Position numbers and translations under genes: made by a program. 64,000 nt of DNA. It comes from Treponemataceae bacterium (lineage in GTDB: Bacteria; Spirochaetota; Spirochaetia; Treponematales; Rectinemataceae). Below are positions 1 to 8,687 of the stretch, piece by piece; position 1 is the first letter of the stretch; every line of letters begins with the position of its first letter. Below the pieces are notes generated by a model. The model had not been told where the DNA came from and searched no databases. It saw only the letters and a program-made list of their open reading frames with translations. The stretch spans positions 512,001 to 576,000 of the forward strand of contig CAXXHO010000003.1 in the NCBI GenBank assembly GCA_963667725.2, written 5' to 3'.

Positions 1-998
1 TCCTTCTTCTCCCCCGGGGGTTTTACGTAGTCTTTCTTCTTCCCCCAGGTGAGGCGCCCGGGCTTGTTTCCTCCGACGACGAGGACTCGAACCGCACCTT
101 CATCCTTCTTCCTGCACTCAGTCCACTCGTGAGGCTCAAGGGCATCCGCCCGGTGCTCTCCCGAATAGCCGTCCATAACCTCAAGGTGTTCGATCCCTTC
201 AAGCTCCGCCTGCTTCCCTCCGATGAACGCCTTCTCCTTCGCCTCGAAGCAGGTCTTGTCGGCGCAGCAGTCCTTCTTGCCGAGTTCCGCGAAGAGCTGT
301 GGTTCGGCGCCGGTCCGTTTTGAGCAGGAAGAGCATGGCCCCGCGGCAGGCAGGAGATCGGCATCATGAAGCTTCCAGGCTGCCTGGGAGAGTTCCATGA
401 GGATCTCGTGCCTGATCTGTTCATCGAAGGCCTTGATCGAAATCGGCCAGGGGCGGTCGAGGATCTTAAGCGCCGCCTTCTGCTGCTCAGAAGGGAGCCG
501 GGCGATGAGGTTTGCATGCCCCGCCGAGAGCTTTCCTCCGGCGAGAAGATTCCTGGCCGCGGGAACGAGCTTCCGAAGCCTCAGGCGCTGATAGACATAG
601 ACGACGGAGCGGCCGAGCTCCTTCGCGATGGACTCGATCTCGTAGTGCCCTTCCTCGATGAGCCTATGGAAGCCTTCGGCCTCATCGAGCGGATGGATGT
701 CTTCCCGCTGCAGATTTTCGATGAGCTGGATATGAAGTGCGGCTGCGTCATCGAGATCGCGGACGATACAGGGGAGGGTGGAAACCCCGGCGAGTGAAGA
801 GGCCCTCCACCGGCGCTCCCCGGCGATGAGTTCGAAGTTCTCGCCCGCGGGGCGTACAATGGCCGGCTGCTGGACGCCGATCGAGCGGATGCTGTCGGCG
901 AGCTGCTCGAGTTTCTCCTTGTCGAACCCGCCGACACTTCGGTTCTTTGGAGAGGGTACAATCTTCTCGAGCGGGATATGATGGATTCGATCGTTCAT
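1..998 (-). CDS. ParB/RepB/Spo0J-family protein (runs off window edge)
   Basis: Manual translation from ATG 998: MNDRIHHIPLEKIVPSPKNR...LADSIRSIGVQQPAIVRP...ELIAGERRWRAS...LIENLQREDIHPLDEAEGF; GERRxRA and ENLQRED motifs; not in ORF track because it has no stop in the window. Confidence 0.9.
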   Translation of the reverse strand, partial: MNDRIHHIPLEKIVPSPKNRSVGGFDKEKLEQLADSIRSIGVQQPAIVRPAGENFELIAGERRWRASSLAGVSTLPCIVRDLDDAAALHIQLIENLQREDIHPLDEAEGFHRLIEEGHYEIESIAKELGRSVVYVYQRLRLRKLVPAARNLLAGGKLSAGHANLIARLPSEQQKAALKILDRPWPISIKAFDEQIRHEILMELSQAAWKLHDADLLPAAGPCSSCSKRTGAEPQLFAELGKKDCCADKTCFEAKEKAFIGGKQAELEGIEHLEVMDGYSGEHRADALEPHEWTECRKKDEGAVRVLVVGGNKPGRLTWGKKKDYVKPPGEKK

Positions 999-1021
999 GG
1001 GATCACTCGATTCTTCCGTTT

Positions 1022-1534
1022 TCATCGTGCTTTCAACTCCCTTGTCTCGAAATGTCCCGAAAGACAGGGCTCGTTTTTCATCATCAGGCGGACGTACCGT
1101 GACGCGAAGCTGTTGTCCAGCTTGAAGATCGCCGTTGTGTGATCGGTCGAAATATCGCTGTCGCGCAATTCCTCGAAGAGTGCCGCAATGCCCCGCGGGC
1201 GCTTGCGGGCAGCATCGTCCAAGGCAAGACTGACCAGGTTCCGATAGATGTGCGGATTTTCTCGGTGAAAGACAGCAAACCGCTCATCGATTGTCGCCCG
1301 GCGACCGGGAATGTCTGCAAAGAGTTCAGGTTGCCCATCAGCTTCCAGCTCCACTTCCGGGATAACGCCTTTCATCTCATCCCCCCTCCGCGGCGATCCT
1401 TCCTTTCGGTCACGCGCGTGTTCAGAAGCAGATTCTCTATACTCCACGATCTTCATCCATCGCTTTCCAACTCGGATATGTCCTTCCTGCGAGCTGAAGA
1501 ACGCATGGAGCTTCTGTTTCAGACGGTGCCACAT
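1022..1534 (-). CDS. Phage hypothetical protein (start uncertain: 1534 or 1375)
   Basis: C-terminal FAVFHRENPHIY...FKLDNSFASRYVRLMM...FETR resembles a recurrent phage small-protein family; sits in operon. Confidence 0.6.
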   Translation of the reverse strand: MWHRLKQKLHAFFSSQEGHIRVGKRWMKIVEYRESASEHARDRKEGSPRRGDEMKGVIPEVELEADGQPELFADIPGRRATIDERFAVFHRENPHIYRNLVSLALDDAARKRPRGIAALFEELRDSDISTDHTTAIFKLDNSFASRYVRLMMKNEPCLSGHFETRELKAR

Positions 1535-1536
1535 GT

Positions 1537-1764
1537 TCACCCCCATCTCGCGGGGCGATCCCCCGGTTCGAAAAGAAGAGGCGGGATCAGGGCCGCTTCT
1601 CGCTTTTTCCCGGGCGCGGCGAGTTCGACGCAATGTCCCTTGTAGGGACGCCCCGCCTCGAGGCAGCTCCGCGCTTCCTTCATCGCTTCGGGCGTGTACG
1701 CTCCAAGTTCGTTGTAGATGGCCGTGAGGCCCGTGAACTTCCGCCCGTCGATCCATACCGTCAT
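1537..1764 (-). CDS. Phage hypothetical protein
   Basis: MTVWIDGRKFTG...; ATGA overlap with the stop of the upstream RusA-like gene. Confidence 0.55.
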   Translation of the reverse strand: MTVWIDGRKFTGLTAIYNELGAYTPEAMKEARSCLEAGRPYKGHCVELAAPGKKREAALIPPLLFEPGDRPARWG

Positions 1765-2306
1765 GGCCGGGCTCCGGAAAAGGAACCTCGCCCCCCGGAG
1801 CGGGGTAAGGAGGTTATGAACCCCCGCTCCGAGGTTTGAGGCAAAGTGACGATTTCTACATGCACTCCCGGTTTTTCTTCCTGAAGCGCATACCGCTCGA
1901 AGCTTTGGCACCTGATGACTTGGGCAGTGTCCTGCCATGCCCTGGCTTGGGTGAGGGCCTTGATCATGGCTTCCTCGAGGACTCCGTCTGCAGGCTTCGA
2001 GTCCTGCCAGAATCTGACCGCATCCTTCTTCGGTCTCTCGAAAATAAACTGCAGGTTCAGTTCGACACGCCCCGCCAGCGGTACCTGCTTGAGGGCAGTG
2101 AAAGCGGAGACTACCAGGCTCTTCCAGGAGTCGGCGTGGTTGTCATGGCAGACGTTGAAGCGGCTTGCCCTTGTTTGCGGCATTGCGATAGGCGCCCCGC
2201 AGACGAAGAAGGATGCGACGGGCTTTCCCTCGAGGGATGCCATCGGAGCGACGTAGACGCCGTCCTTCAGGGTGAAGAAGCCCGCTTCGGCCGGGGAGAC
2301 GCTCAT
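1761..2306 (-). CDS. RusA-like Holliday junction resolvase
   Basis: PLAGRVELNLQFIFERP...SKPADGVLEEAMIKALT...WQDTAQV...KPGVHVEI matches the RusA layout; catalytic Asp pattern is divergent. Confidence 0.7.
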   Translation of the reverse strand: MSVSPAEAGFFTLKDGVYVAPMASLEGKPVASFFVCGAPIAMPQTRASRFNVCHDNHADSWKSLVVSAFTALKQVPLAGRVELNLQFIFERPKKDAVRFWQDSKPADGVLEEAMIKALTQARAWQDTAQVIRCQSFERYALQEEKPGVHVEIVTLPQTSERGFITSLPRSGGRGSFSGARP

Positions 2307-2818
2307 TCCTCGAATCCTGCCCGGAACGCTTCCGGGATATTGAAGCCCTCGTCATAGAGACTCTTCCAGCATTCTTCGCCGCATCCGGTGATGAGCTCTT
2401 TTCCATGCCCAAGGACGAAGGAGTACTCCTGCAGCAGTTCATACCAATCGATCCAGGTGAGATCGCCTTTCGTTCTGCCATCAAAGCTCTCAAGCCTCTT
2501 CTCTAGGCGCTCGATTCGGTCCCATTCGGCGGCGATGAGTGCGCCTGCTTTCTCGAGCTCCCGCTTCCGTCCCTGGAAGTACTCCCCTCGAGAAGGTTTC
2601 CACCAGGATGAATCCCAGGATGCAGGGAAGAGCACGCCGCCCCGGAAGTCCTGGAAGAGCATGGTCACGCCCTCTCCCTCCGGGTACGCATACGTTGCGG
2701 CAGCTTGGGCAAGCTCGCCGTTCCGGTGTGCATCATCATGGTCAGGCAAGAATCCTTCGCCCTCGATCTGGCGGATCCTCTCTGCTGTGATCGCCTCCAA
2801 TCCCGTCGTTGGTTTCAT
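2303..2818 (-). CDS. Conserved phage hypothetical protein
   Basis: IxAERxRQ...HDDAHRNGELAQAAATYA...WWKP...RELEKAGALIAAEWDRIER motif typical of phage proteins; RBS AAGGAG before ATG 2818. Confidence 0.75.
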   Translation of the reverse strand: MKPTTGLEAITAERIRQIEGEGFLPDHDDAHRNGELAQAAATYAYPEGEGVTMLFQDFRGGVLFPASWDSSWWKPSRGEYFQGRKRELEKAGALIAAEWDRIERLEKRLESFDGRTKGDLTWIDWYELLQEYSFVLGHGKELITGCGEECWKSLYDEGFNIPEAFRAGFEE

Positions 2819-3156
2819 TGCTCCTTCCTCCTTCGTTTCTCGAGCGATTCGAGCATCATCATTCCCGTGGCGCAGAGCTTTACGAGCTGCTCGGATACCA
2901 GGCTCATTTCCTCTTCGGCGAACACTTCGGCGAATGCGGAGTTCATGAGGTCGAACCATGTCGCCTCGCCTTTGTGCAGCCGATCCTCGAGCCGGTTCTT
3001 CCAGATCATCGCCTCCACGATCGCCTCGCTCCTGCTGGTCCCTTTGGGCTGCATTCTCAACTGCTGGCGCCCCACTTTCTTCTCGATGCGCGCGATCTCT
3101 TTGGTTATCTTCTCGAAGAGCTTCTTCCGTAGCTCCTCGCGCTCTCCTTCCGTCAC
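2815..3156 (-). CDS. Phage hypothetical protein
   Basis: ORF overlapping both neighbours by 4 nt (translational coupling). Confidence 0.6.
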   Translation of the reverse strand: MTEGEREELRKKLFEKITKEIARIEKKVGRQQLRMQPKGTSRSEAIVEAMIWKNRLEDRLHKGEATWFDLMNSAFAEVFAEEEMSLVSEQLVKLCATGMMMLESLEKRRRKEQ

Positions 3157-3443
3157 TTGAGCGCCTCGGCAAAGGCGAGGGCGGAGGCTCGGTCGGCGAA
3201 GGTCTGCCCCTGGATCGCCCCGCCTTGCATGAAGGTGACGAGGGTGGAACCGTCGGGGCAGGGCATATGGACTGCCTGCAGGGTGATGTCTTCAAAGCTG
3301 GCTTCCTGGCGCTTAAGGGAGCATTTCCCAAGGGAGGCGAGGGCGAGCGACAGAAGAAGGGCGAACAAGAGATCGGCGATGAACTCGCGATTCTTCCTGA
3401 GCCAGAGGCTAAGGTCTCGTAGCCGCCACTGCGTCCTTGTCAT
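3153..3443 (-). CDS. Phage hypothetical membrane/lipoprotein-like protein
   Basis: Hydrophobic LLFALLLSLALASLGKC segment; coupled overlaps. Confidence 0.6.
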   Translation of the reverse strand: MTRTQWRLRDLSLWLRKNREFIADLLFALLLSLALASLGKCSLKRQEASFEDITLQAVHMPCPDGSTLVTFMQGGAIQGQTFADRASALAFAEALK

Positions 3444-3913
3444 AGAGCGCTCCGTTCTGCTGTGGCTGCCTCTCGCCGCTGCCGGTTTCTCTGTTTGACA
3501 CCCTCGGCGAGATCGGGACGGACTCGTTTGCCCGAATCGTCGGCATGGCTCGCAATCCAGTCGATCATGGTTTGCCGATCGATATGGATGGGACGCTTTC
3601 TGCTATCGACGGGGAGAGCACCTGTGTATATCTGCTCCCTCAGAAAGCGATCGCTCATGCCGCAGTCCTTACAGAGTTCGGAAATCAGGGCCGGACCCTT
3701 GTCCATCGGGAGGGTTGAAAGCGGACCGGTAAGTTTCTCAAGAGCGGTTCGAGGGATGAGAATGCGAGTGCCGATCCTCGCAGCGAGGAGCTTTCCGGAA
3801 CGGATCCTGCTCCAGACGGTTTTAGGCACGTATCCCCAGATCTTTGCAGTCTCGGGGACAGAAAACGCAATCCTGTTCCGACAGGCTTGATCTCTCGATA
3901 GTCCGTTTCTCAT
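3440..3913 (-). CDS. Excisionase-family (HTH_17-like) DNA-binding protein with tandem HTH
   Basis: FSVPETAKIWGYVPKTVWSRIRSGKLLAARIGTRILIPRTALEKL plus a second similar repeat; strong RBS GAGGAGG before ATG 3913. Confidence 0.75.
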   Translation of the reverse strand: MRNGLSRDQACRNRIAFSVPETAKIWGYVPKTVWSRIRSGKLLAARIGTRILIPRTALEKLTGPLSTLPMDKGPALISELCKDCGMSDRFLREQIYTGALPVDSRKRPIHIDRQTMIDWIASHADDSGKRVRPDLAEGVKQRNRQRREAATAERSAL

Positions 3914-3930
3914 GGAAGTCCTCCTCTTGA

Positions 3931-4014
3931 TGGAAGCGGAGGGATTCGAACCCTCGTTGTTTTTCTCAATGCTGTTTTCGAGGCAACCGGTTCCTGCCTC
4001 TGACCTACGCTCCC
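3931..4014 (-). tRNA. Phage-borne tRNA-Ser(CGA)-like gene, possibly degenerate
   Basis: Minus strand: acceptor GGGAGCG/CGCTTCC, T arm GAGGG-TTCGAAT-CCCTC, loop CTCGAAA, long variable arm; imperfect anticodon stem and weak D arm. Confidence 0.6.
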
Positions 4015-4150
4015 GGATGCGGGGCGGCGTTATCTGGCGCCCCGCTTTGTGCAATCTATGAACCCACCGAATTGACGCCTCGGTGGAGGCGAGATACCTG
4101 CCCATACGGACAGGCCCAAATTGCGCCCGCGTGGTAAGTGCGGGGACGCT

Positions 4151-4223
4151 AGGCAGGCGCGGGAGTCGAACCCGCTGTCTCCGGCTTATAGGGCCGGCGT
4201 GGAAGCCGTTTCACCTGTCTGCC
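4151..4223 (-). tRNA. Phage-borne tRNA-like gene with anticodon TAT (Ile), atypical
   Basis: Minus strand: acceptor GGCAGAC/GCCTGCC (1 mismatch), anticodon arm CCGGC-CCTATAA-GCCGG, T arm GCGGG-TTCGACT-CCCGC. Confidence 0.65.
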
Positions 4224-4300
4224 AAACGAAGATTGAAAAACCCCTCTTCCGGGCGTATTCTTGAAGCACGACCAACAATTTCATCCCGAAGGAGGGGAAA

Positions 4301-4507
4301 ATGATCCATAAAGGTGACAATGCTGAGACTAATCGGGGAGAAGGAATTAAGCTTGCGATCGAGATCCTCAAGACACAGCCTGAGCTTCTGTTCCATTCTC
4401 TAGACGGGAAAACGATAGCGTCATGCGTTATCAGCCTGTCGGAATCCTTGATTGAGTACGTGACAGAAGGGAAATCGCCTGCTACTTCTGGTCTGCCTGT
4501 TGGCTGA
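4301..4507 (+). CDS. Small hypothetical protein, antisense to the early operon
   Basis: Strong SD AAGGAGG upstream; 68 aa. Confidence 0.45.
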   Translation: MIHKGDNAETNRGEGIKLAIEILKTQPELLFHSLDGKTIASCVISLSESLIEYVTEGKSPATSGLPVG

Positions 4508-4640
4508 TCACTAAAGCAGTCCGTCCAGTAGTATCGATTTCGCCAGAGGATCTCGTGACTTGCTCTGGGCTGATGCTGACAACCCGATAGCCGAGTGTGC
4601 CGAGCATCACGATTAGCTTTGTAAGGTCTTCGTTGCTCAT
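4482..4640 (-). CDS. Small phage hypothetical protein (52 aa)
   Basis: Manual: AAAGGAG SD then MSNEDLTKLIVMLGTLGYRVVSISPEQV...DQK*. Confidence 0.45.
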   Translation of the reverse strand: MSNEDLTKLIVMLGTLGYRVVSISPEQVTRSSGEIDTTGRTALVISQQADQK

Positions 4641-4682
4641 AACTCTTCTCCTTTGTGAACTTGTAGAAAGCTGTTTGAGAAA

Positions 4683-5063
4683 TCATGCTATGTACGCCTT
4701 CAGCTTTCTTCGCTCTCGAACTGGCATCAGGTCCCATTTTGTCCGCCGTTCTATCTCTGGGATGGAGATCCATGTTTCATAGGTTTTCAGCCACCATCGC
4801 CTGGGGCTATTACCCGCGTCGGGGACTCCGAATCCAGGCATTCGCCAGGGTTGTCGGAGGAGGGTGCTTCGGGAGACCCCTTGCTTCTTCGAAATGTCCG
4901 AAAGGCTGACTTTCCCTGTTTCGAGGACGGAAACCATGGCGTTTTCCAACCTTAGCAGCCGCTCGAGTGCTTCATTGAGGGCTCCGGCCATATCGCTTCT
5001 TGCATCAATCATGGGCAGTCCCCCTATCCAATTTGAGTAATCCATTTCTGGCGTTCTTTTCAC
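4683..5063 (-). CDS. HTH DNA-binding protein (excisionase/AlpA-like)
   Basis: VSLSDISKKQGVSRSTL HTH followed by PGFGVPD...RRWW wing. Confidence 0.6.
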   Translation of the reverse strand: MKRTPEMDYSNWIGGLPMIDARSDMAGALNEALERLLRLENAMVSVLETGKVSLSDISKKQGVSRSTLLRQPWRMPGFGVPDAGNSPRRWWLKTYETWISIPEIERRTKWDLMPVRERRKLKAYIA

Positions 5064-5415
5064 TGATGGAAGAGGAGTCCGGAGAGGCTTCGGTATCCGG
5101 CTTTGGTATAGCCAGGAGAGCCTTGAGGCGTTTCACCTCGAGGGCAAGGTCCTTAGCTGCTGTGATAACCGAGGCGTTGGCTAATGCTTCGATCGCCGTA
5201 CTGGTTGTCTTGCATGCGAGATGAGTATCTCCCTTGCTGGAAGATCCCGCGGAAAGTCCGAGATTGAAAATAATGCTTCCAAAAGCGTCTCCTGTAAGAG
5301 CGCTTGAAGGATCAGTTGTTCTGATTGTGCCATCCTCTGCCAGGAACCATTCCCCTGGGGACGCCCGTTCTACCGATGCCAGAGCATCGTCGATCCGTTG
5401 ATCTCGTGACCGCAT
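5005..5415 (-). CDS. Phage hypothetical protein
   Basis: SD GGAGG before ATG; 136 aa. Confidence 0.6.
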   Translation of the reverse strand: MRSRDQRIDDALASVERASPGEWFLAEDGTIRTTDPSSALTGDAFGSIIFNLGLSAGSSSKGDTHLACKTTSTAIEALANASVITAAKDLALEVKRLKALLAIPKPDTEASPDSSSISEKNARNGLLKLDRGTAHD

Positions 5416-5430
5416 GGAAACCTCCAGCTT

Positions 5431-5628
5431 TTAAGAGCTTGCTTTCGAGTCTTGTTCGGTTGGGCTCTGCTTTGAATCAGGAATTAGCACCAACCTATCA
5501 CCATCTCGGTACATGGCCATTTTTTGACCAGGTTGAAGATTTGTGTCTTCTACGTATTCTCGTGGGAGGGTAATTCCATAGCCGCGTCGGCCGTTCTTAC
5601 TAAGTCGATAGCGCCTTAGAAGTATCAA
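5431..5628 (-). CDS. AbrB/MazE/SpoVT-like DNA-binding protein in the Cro position
   Basis: RLSKNGRRGYGITLPREYVEDTNLQPGQKMAMYRDGDRLVLIP is an AbrB swapped-hairpin pattern; AGGAG SD before TTG 5628. Confidence 0.75.
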   Translation of the reverse strand: MILLRRYRLSKNGRRGYGITLPREYVEDTNLQPGQKMAMYRDGDRLVLIPDSKQSPTEQDSKASS

Positions 5629-5629
5629 T

Positions 5630-5680
5630 ATGTAGCTCCTTATATCCAATAGGCGTATTATTGGAGCAATAGAGCTACAT
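5630..5680. promoter_or_regulatory. Nested inverted repeat in the divergent switch region (candidate operators)
   Basis: ATGTAGCTC..TCCAATA-N7-TATTGGA..GAGCTACAT between the AbrB-like gene and cI. Confidence 0.5.
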
Positions 5681-5733
5681 TGTCAAGCAAATAATGTATT
5701 TATTTTTCTCTTTTTTTGGCTTAAAGTCAAAGC

Positions 5734-6417
5734 ATGGAATTTTATGAAAGAGTAAAGACTCTTGCAAAGCAAAATAGAATTACTATCGAAGGGGCTGCTG
5801 AGGCTGCCGGCATATCTAGAGCCCAGTACTACGGCTATAAGAAGCATGGGAATTTACCAAGAGCTGATGAAGCAGCGAACCTCGCAAAGGAATTAAATAC
5901 TTCAGTTGAGTATCTTGTTTTTGGAAAAGAAAGTACAAGAAAAGATATGCCTAGCGGTTTGGTCATAAGAGATGATAAAGGAAGAGAAATTGAAATCGAT
6001 AGTGAGCTATGTCTTCTGCCAATCCTTTCCCAGAAAGTAGCGGCTGGCATGGGCCAGGCCATGATCGACGATGTTGAGATCGTTGGTCAGCTTCCATTCC
6101 TAAACCGAATGCTTCGAGGCGAACAGCCGGCAGGCGCCAAGGCCCTCGAAGTCCGCGGAGACTCGATGACCGGCGTTAATATCTTCGATGGGGATATGGT
6201 TGTATTCATACCTGGAATAATTCGTGGCGATGGGATCTACGTGCTTGCCGTGGGCGATGAGCTGATTGTGAAACGTGTCGAGTTCGATGCAGTATCAAGG
6301 AAGATCCATATCATGTCCGAGAACCCTCGCTATAAAGATCGAGTAGAGTCCGCCGATGGCCAGACTCTCAGGGTTGTAGGGAAGGTGTTTGGTTGGGTAC
6401 ATGCGCATCCATATTGA
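5734..6417 (+). CDS. CI-like repressor: XRE HTH plus S24 peptidase
   Basis: N-terminal HTH; VAAG cleavage motif; VRGDSM catalytic Ser; VKRV catalytic Lys; SENPRY. Confidence 0.92.
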   Translation: MEFYERVKTLAKQNRITIEGAAEAAGISRAQYYGYKKHGNLPRADEAANLAKELNTSVEYLVFGKESTRKDMPSGLVIRDDKGREIEIDSELCLLPILSQKVAAGMGQAMIDDVEIVGQLPFLNRMLRGEQPAGAKALEVRGDSMTGVNIFDGDMVVFIPGIIRGDGIYVLAVGDELIVKRVEFDAVSRKIHIMSENPRYKDRVESADGQTLRVVGKVFGWVHAHPY

Positions 6418-6926
6418 TTACTTGGTTAGTCACTTATGTTACATTAAATGAAGATACCACTGCATTCTTTATATAAAGAAGTATCGTTTACCGGTTGACT
6501 TCTCCGAGAAGCCCTTTATCATAACAGACAGTAACACAACTGTTGAATTTCATAATTAGAAAACGATGCTCGGCGTACCCATTCTGTTTCGGCGAAGAGT
6601 TTGCCGAGTGTCCGTAATCTTCCTCTGAAGACTTTAGCCTTAAAAGGGCTATAATGCAGAGATATAATTGGTTGCCTTGAATCTCGTTCATCAACAATAA
6701 AAAAAGAGAGATGCCTATATTACTGTCGCTATTGAGATAAGGTATTGTTTGAGCTTAAAACATATGGTTTTATTCCCTTCCGCATAAAATACCATCTGTT
6801 AGTTTATACAGGTTAAGATCTTTTATGTAGAAAGAGAAGTAACCCATCCATAGAGAAGCAGTCAAAGATTTTATACTGGTAGATTTTTACTGATTTCACG
6901 TTTATTTATAGATCAACCCAATTATT

Positions 6927-6934
6927 GTTATATG
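6927..6934 (+). other. First crossover site GTTATATG (attI-like or remnant of a decayed attC)
   Basis: Exact reverse complement of CATATAAC (7670-7677) ending cassette 1; no attC palindrome recognised upstream. Confidence 0.6.
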
Positions 6935-6961
6935 GACCTCCGGGCAGTTAAAGGAGATTAT

Positions 6962-7696
6962 ATGGAATATCAAAAAAAATTAATTTTATTTCTAGACCTT
7001 CTTGGATTTAAGTCATTTATTAACGAAAAAACACAACTAGATGATAACTATGTAATGCATATACAAAGTATTATAAACCTAATCGAAACCATACGTGATG
7101 ATTTTTGTTTAGATGCAAGTATTAATCCTAATCAACGGCTTAGAAGTAATTTGTTCTCAAACTCTAGAATTACACAATTTTCTGATTCAATTATTATGAG
7201 TTCATTTTACCTAGTTGAAGATCATCTTAAAGAAACATTAGTTGATATAGTGGCAATGCAATGTAATGCTATTTATAGTGGTTTTCTTTTCCGAGGTGCA
7301 TTAACATATGGAGATATTTTACATACAGATAAATATTTGTTTGGTCCTGGATTTATTGATGCATATGAGATGGAGAGAGATAAAGCAGTATATCCTCGAA
7401 TTATTATTAGCGACTCGGTTATTAATAATGTCAACAGTACATGTAAGGCTTGTGATGATTTAATAGTCACCGATAAAGATGGAATAAAATACCTAGATAT
7501 TTTCAGTGGATTCAAATATAGATTTAACAGAGAATCATCAATAAGAGTAATGATTTCAGCATTGGAAAGAATAATACTAGAAGGTAAAAAAAATCAGAAT
7601 AAAAACATTCTAGAGAAATACTTGTGGCTAGAAGAAGAGTTGCTGAAATATAAAAAAAGAGAAAAAAGACATATAACAAATGCTTCAACCCTATAA
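6962..7696 (+). CDS. Cassette 1: class III nucleotidyl cyclase-like protein
   Basis: LFLDLLGFK, FSDSII, LFRGALTYG, LFGPGFIDAYEME, YPRIII motifs; SD AAGGAG before ATG 6962; stop lies inside attC. Confidence 0.65.
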   Translation: MEYQKKLILFLDLLGFKSFINEKTQLDDNYVMHIQSIINLIETIRDDFCLDASINPNQRLRSNLFSNSRITQFSDSIIMSSFYLVEDHLKETLVDIVAMQCNAIYSGFLFRGALTYGDILHTDKYLFGPGFIDAYEMERDKAVYPRIIISDSVINNVNSTCKACDDLIVTDKDGIKYLDIFSGFKYRFNRESSIRVMISALERIILEGKKNQNKNILEKYLWLEEELLKYKKREKRHITNASTL

Positions 7697-7795
7697 CGCC
7701 TTTTGTCATGGTTTTTGCTTGAAGATGACGCAAAAACCACGCCAATCTTTCGCTTCGCTCAGGAACAGGCGTTAAGGGTTAAGCCAATGCTAGAT
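7671..7795 (+). repeat. attC site 1 (R' mutated GTT to GCT)
   Basis: ATATAAC-AAATG-CTTCAACC...GGTTAAG-CCAAT-GCTAGAT, 125 bp. Confidence 0.85.
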
Positions 7796-7832
7796 GGATG
7801 CCTTCAGCGAATAAATTGGTAAAAGGGATTAT

Positions 7833-8687
7833 ATGACTAATGAACTTCTTGAATTACTTAGAATTGAAAGTAATGATCTAGATAAAGAATTTAGCAAAGC
7901 ATCAATAAAGGGTAAAGGAACACCACAAGAAATAGCCGACTTTAGAGAAGGTTACTTTAATAGCATTATAAGGAAGTACTTTCCATTTCCTTATAGAGTT
8001 ACTAAAGGCGGGATTATCGATACATTCGGAAATAAATCTGCATCAATTGATTGTGTTTTATGTAATCCTGCTCATCCATATACAATAGATAATTCAGGAA
8101 AATATTCTGTTTTACTTGCTGATGGTATTGATGCTGCTATAGAGATTAAGCCTGATATTAAGTCAAAGCACGAATTGATTAGAGGCTTAAGCCAAATAAA
8201 AAGTGTAAAAATATTACGTAGATCAAAATCACCAATTGTTGTTACAAGTAGGGTTACTGAAGAAATTATTGAGTACTCAAAGACTATCCCTTCATTTATT
8301 TATTCAATTGAAGCAAAGAAAAATATTGAAAATACATTAAATGAAGTTATTGAATATTATGTTCAAAATGATATTCCATTAGAAGAACAGGTTGACTATA
8401 TCGTAATTCATAATATTGGAATATTTGTTAATTATAAATATCAAGAGTTAAATAAAGGATACGTACCTGAAGGAATTCCAAGATATGGATACTTTTTTGA
8501 AACTTGGAACGAGCTTACTTTTGCTGCTTTCTTATTATATCTGAACCTTAGCTTTACAGCAGTTCCAGTTATAACGAGTAGTGTATTAGAACGTTATCTA
8601 TATTCTATCAAACCTATTAAAACTGGAAGGTTTAATTGTGAAGTATTTTGGGAAAAGGGGCATCTAACAAATGCTTCAACCCTATAA
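7833..8687 (+). CDS. Cassette 2: DUF6602-like PD-(D/E)XK nuclease-fold protein
   Basis: FRE...KYFPFPYRVTKGGIIDTFGNKSASIDCVL...AAIEIK; stop lies inside attC. Confidence 0.7.
   Translation: MTNELLELLRIESNDLDKEFSKASIKGKGTPQEIADFREGYFNSIIRKYFPFPYRVTKGGIIDTFGNKSASIDCVLCNPAHPYTIDNSGKYSVLLADGIDAAIEIKPDIKSKHELIRGLSQIKSVKILRRSKSPIVVTSRVTEEIIEYSKTIPSFIYSIEAKKNIENTLNEVIEYYVQNDIPLEEQVDYIVIHNIGIFVNYKYQELNKGYVPEGIPRYGYFFETWNELTFAAFLLYLNLSFTAVPVITSSVLERYLYSIKPIKTGRFNCEVFWEKGHLTNASTL

Noticed and set aside
3914..4105. N-terminal extension of ORF 3440..4105
   Set aside because: It overlaps the tRNA-Ser-like gene; a strong SD supports ATG 3913.
6488..6697. Minus-strand 69 aa ORF as an intI remnant
   Set aside because: No tyrosine recombinase motifs are recognisable.
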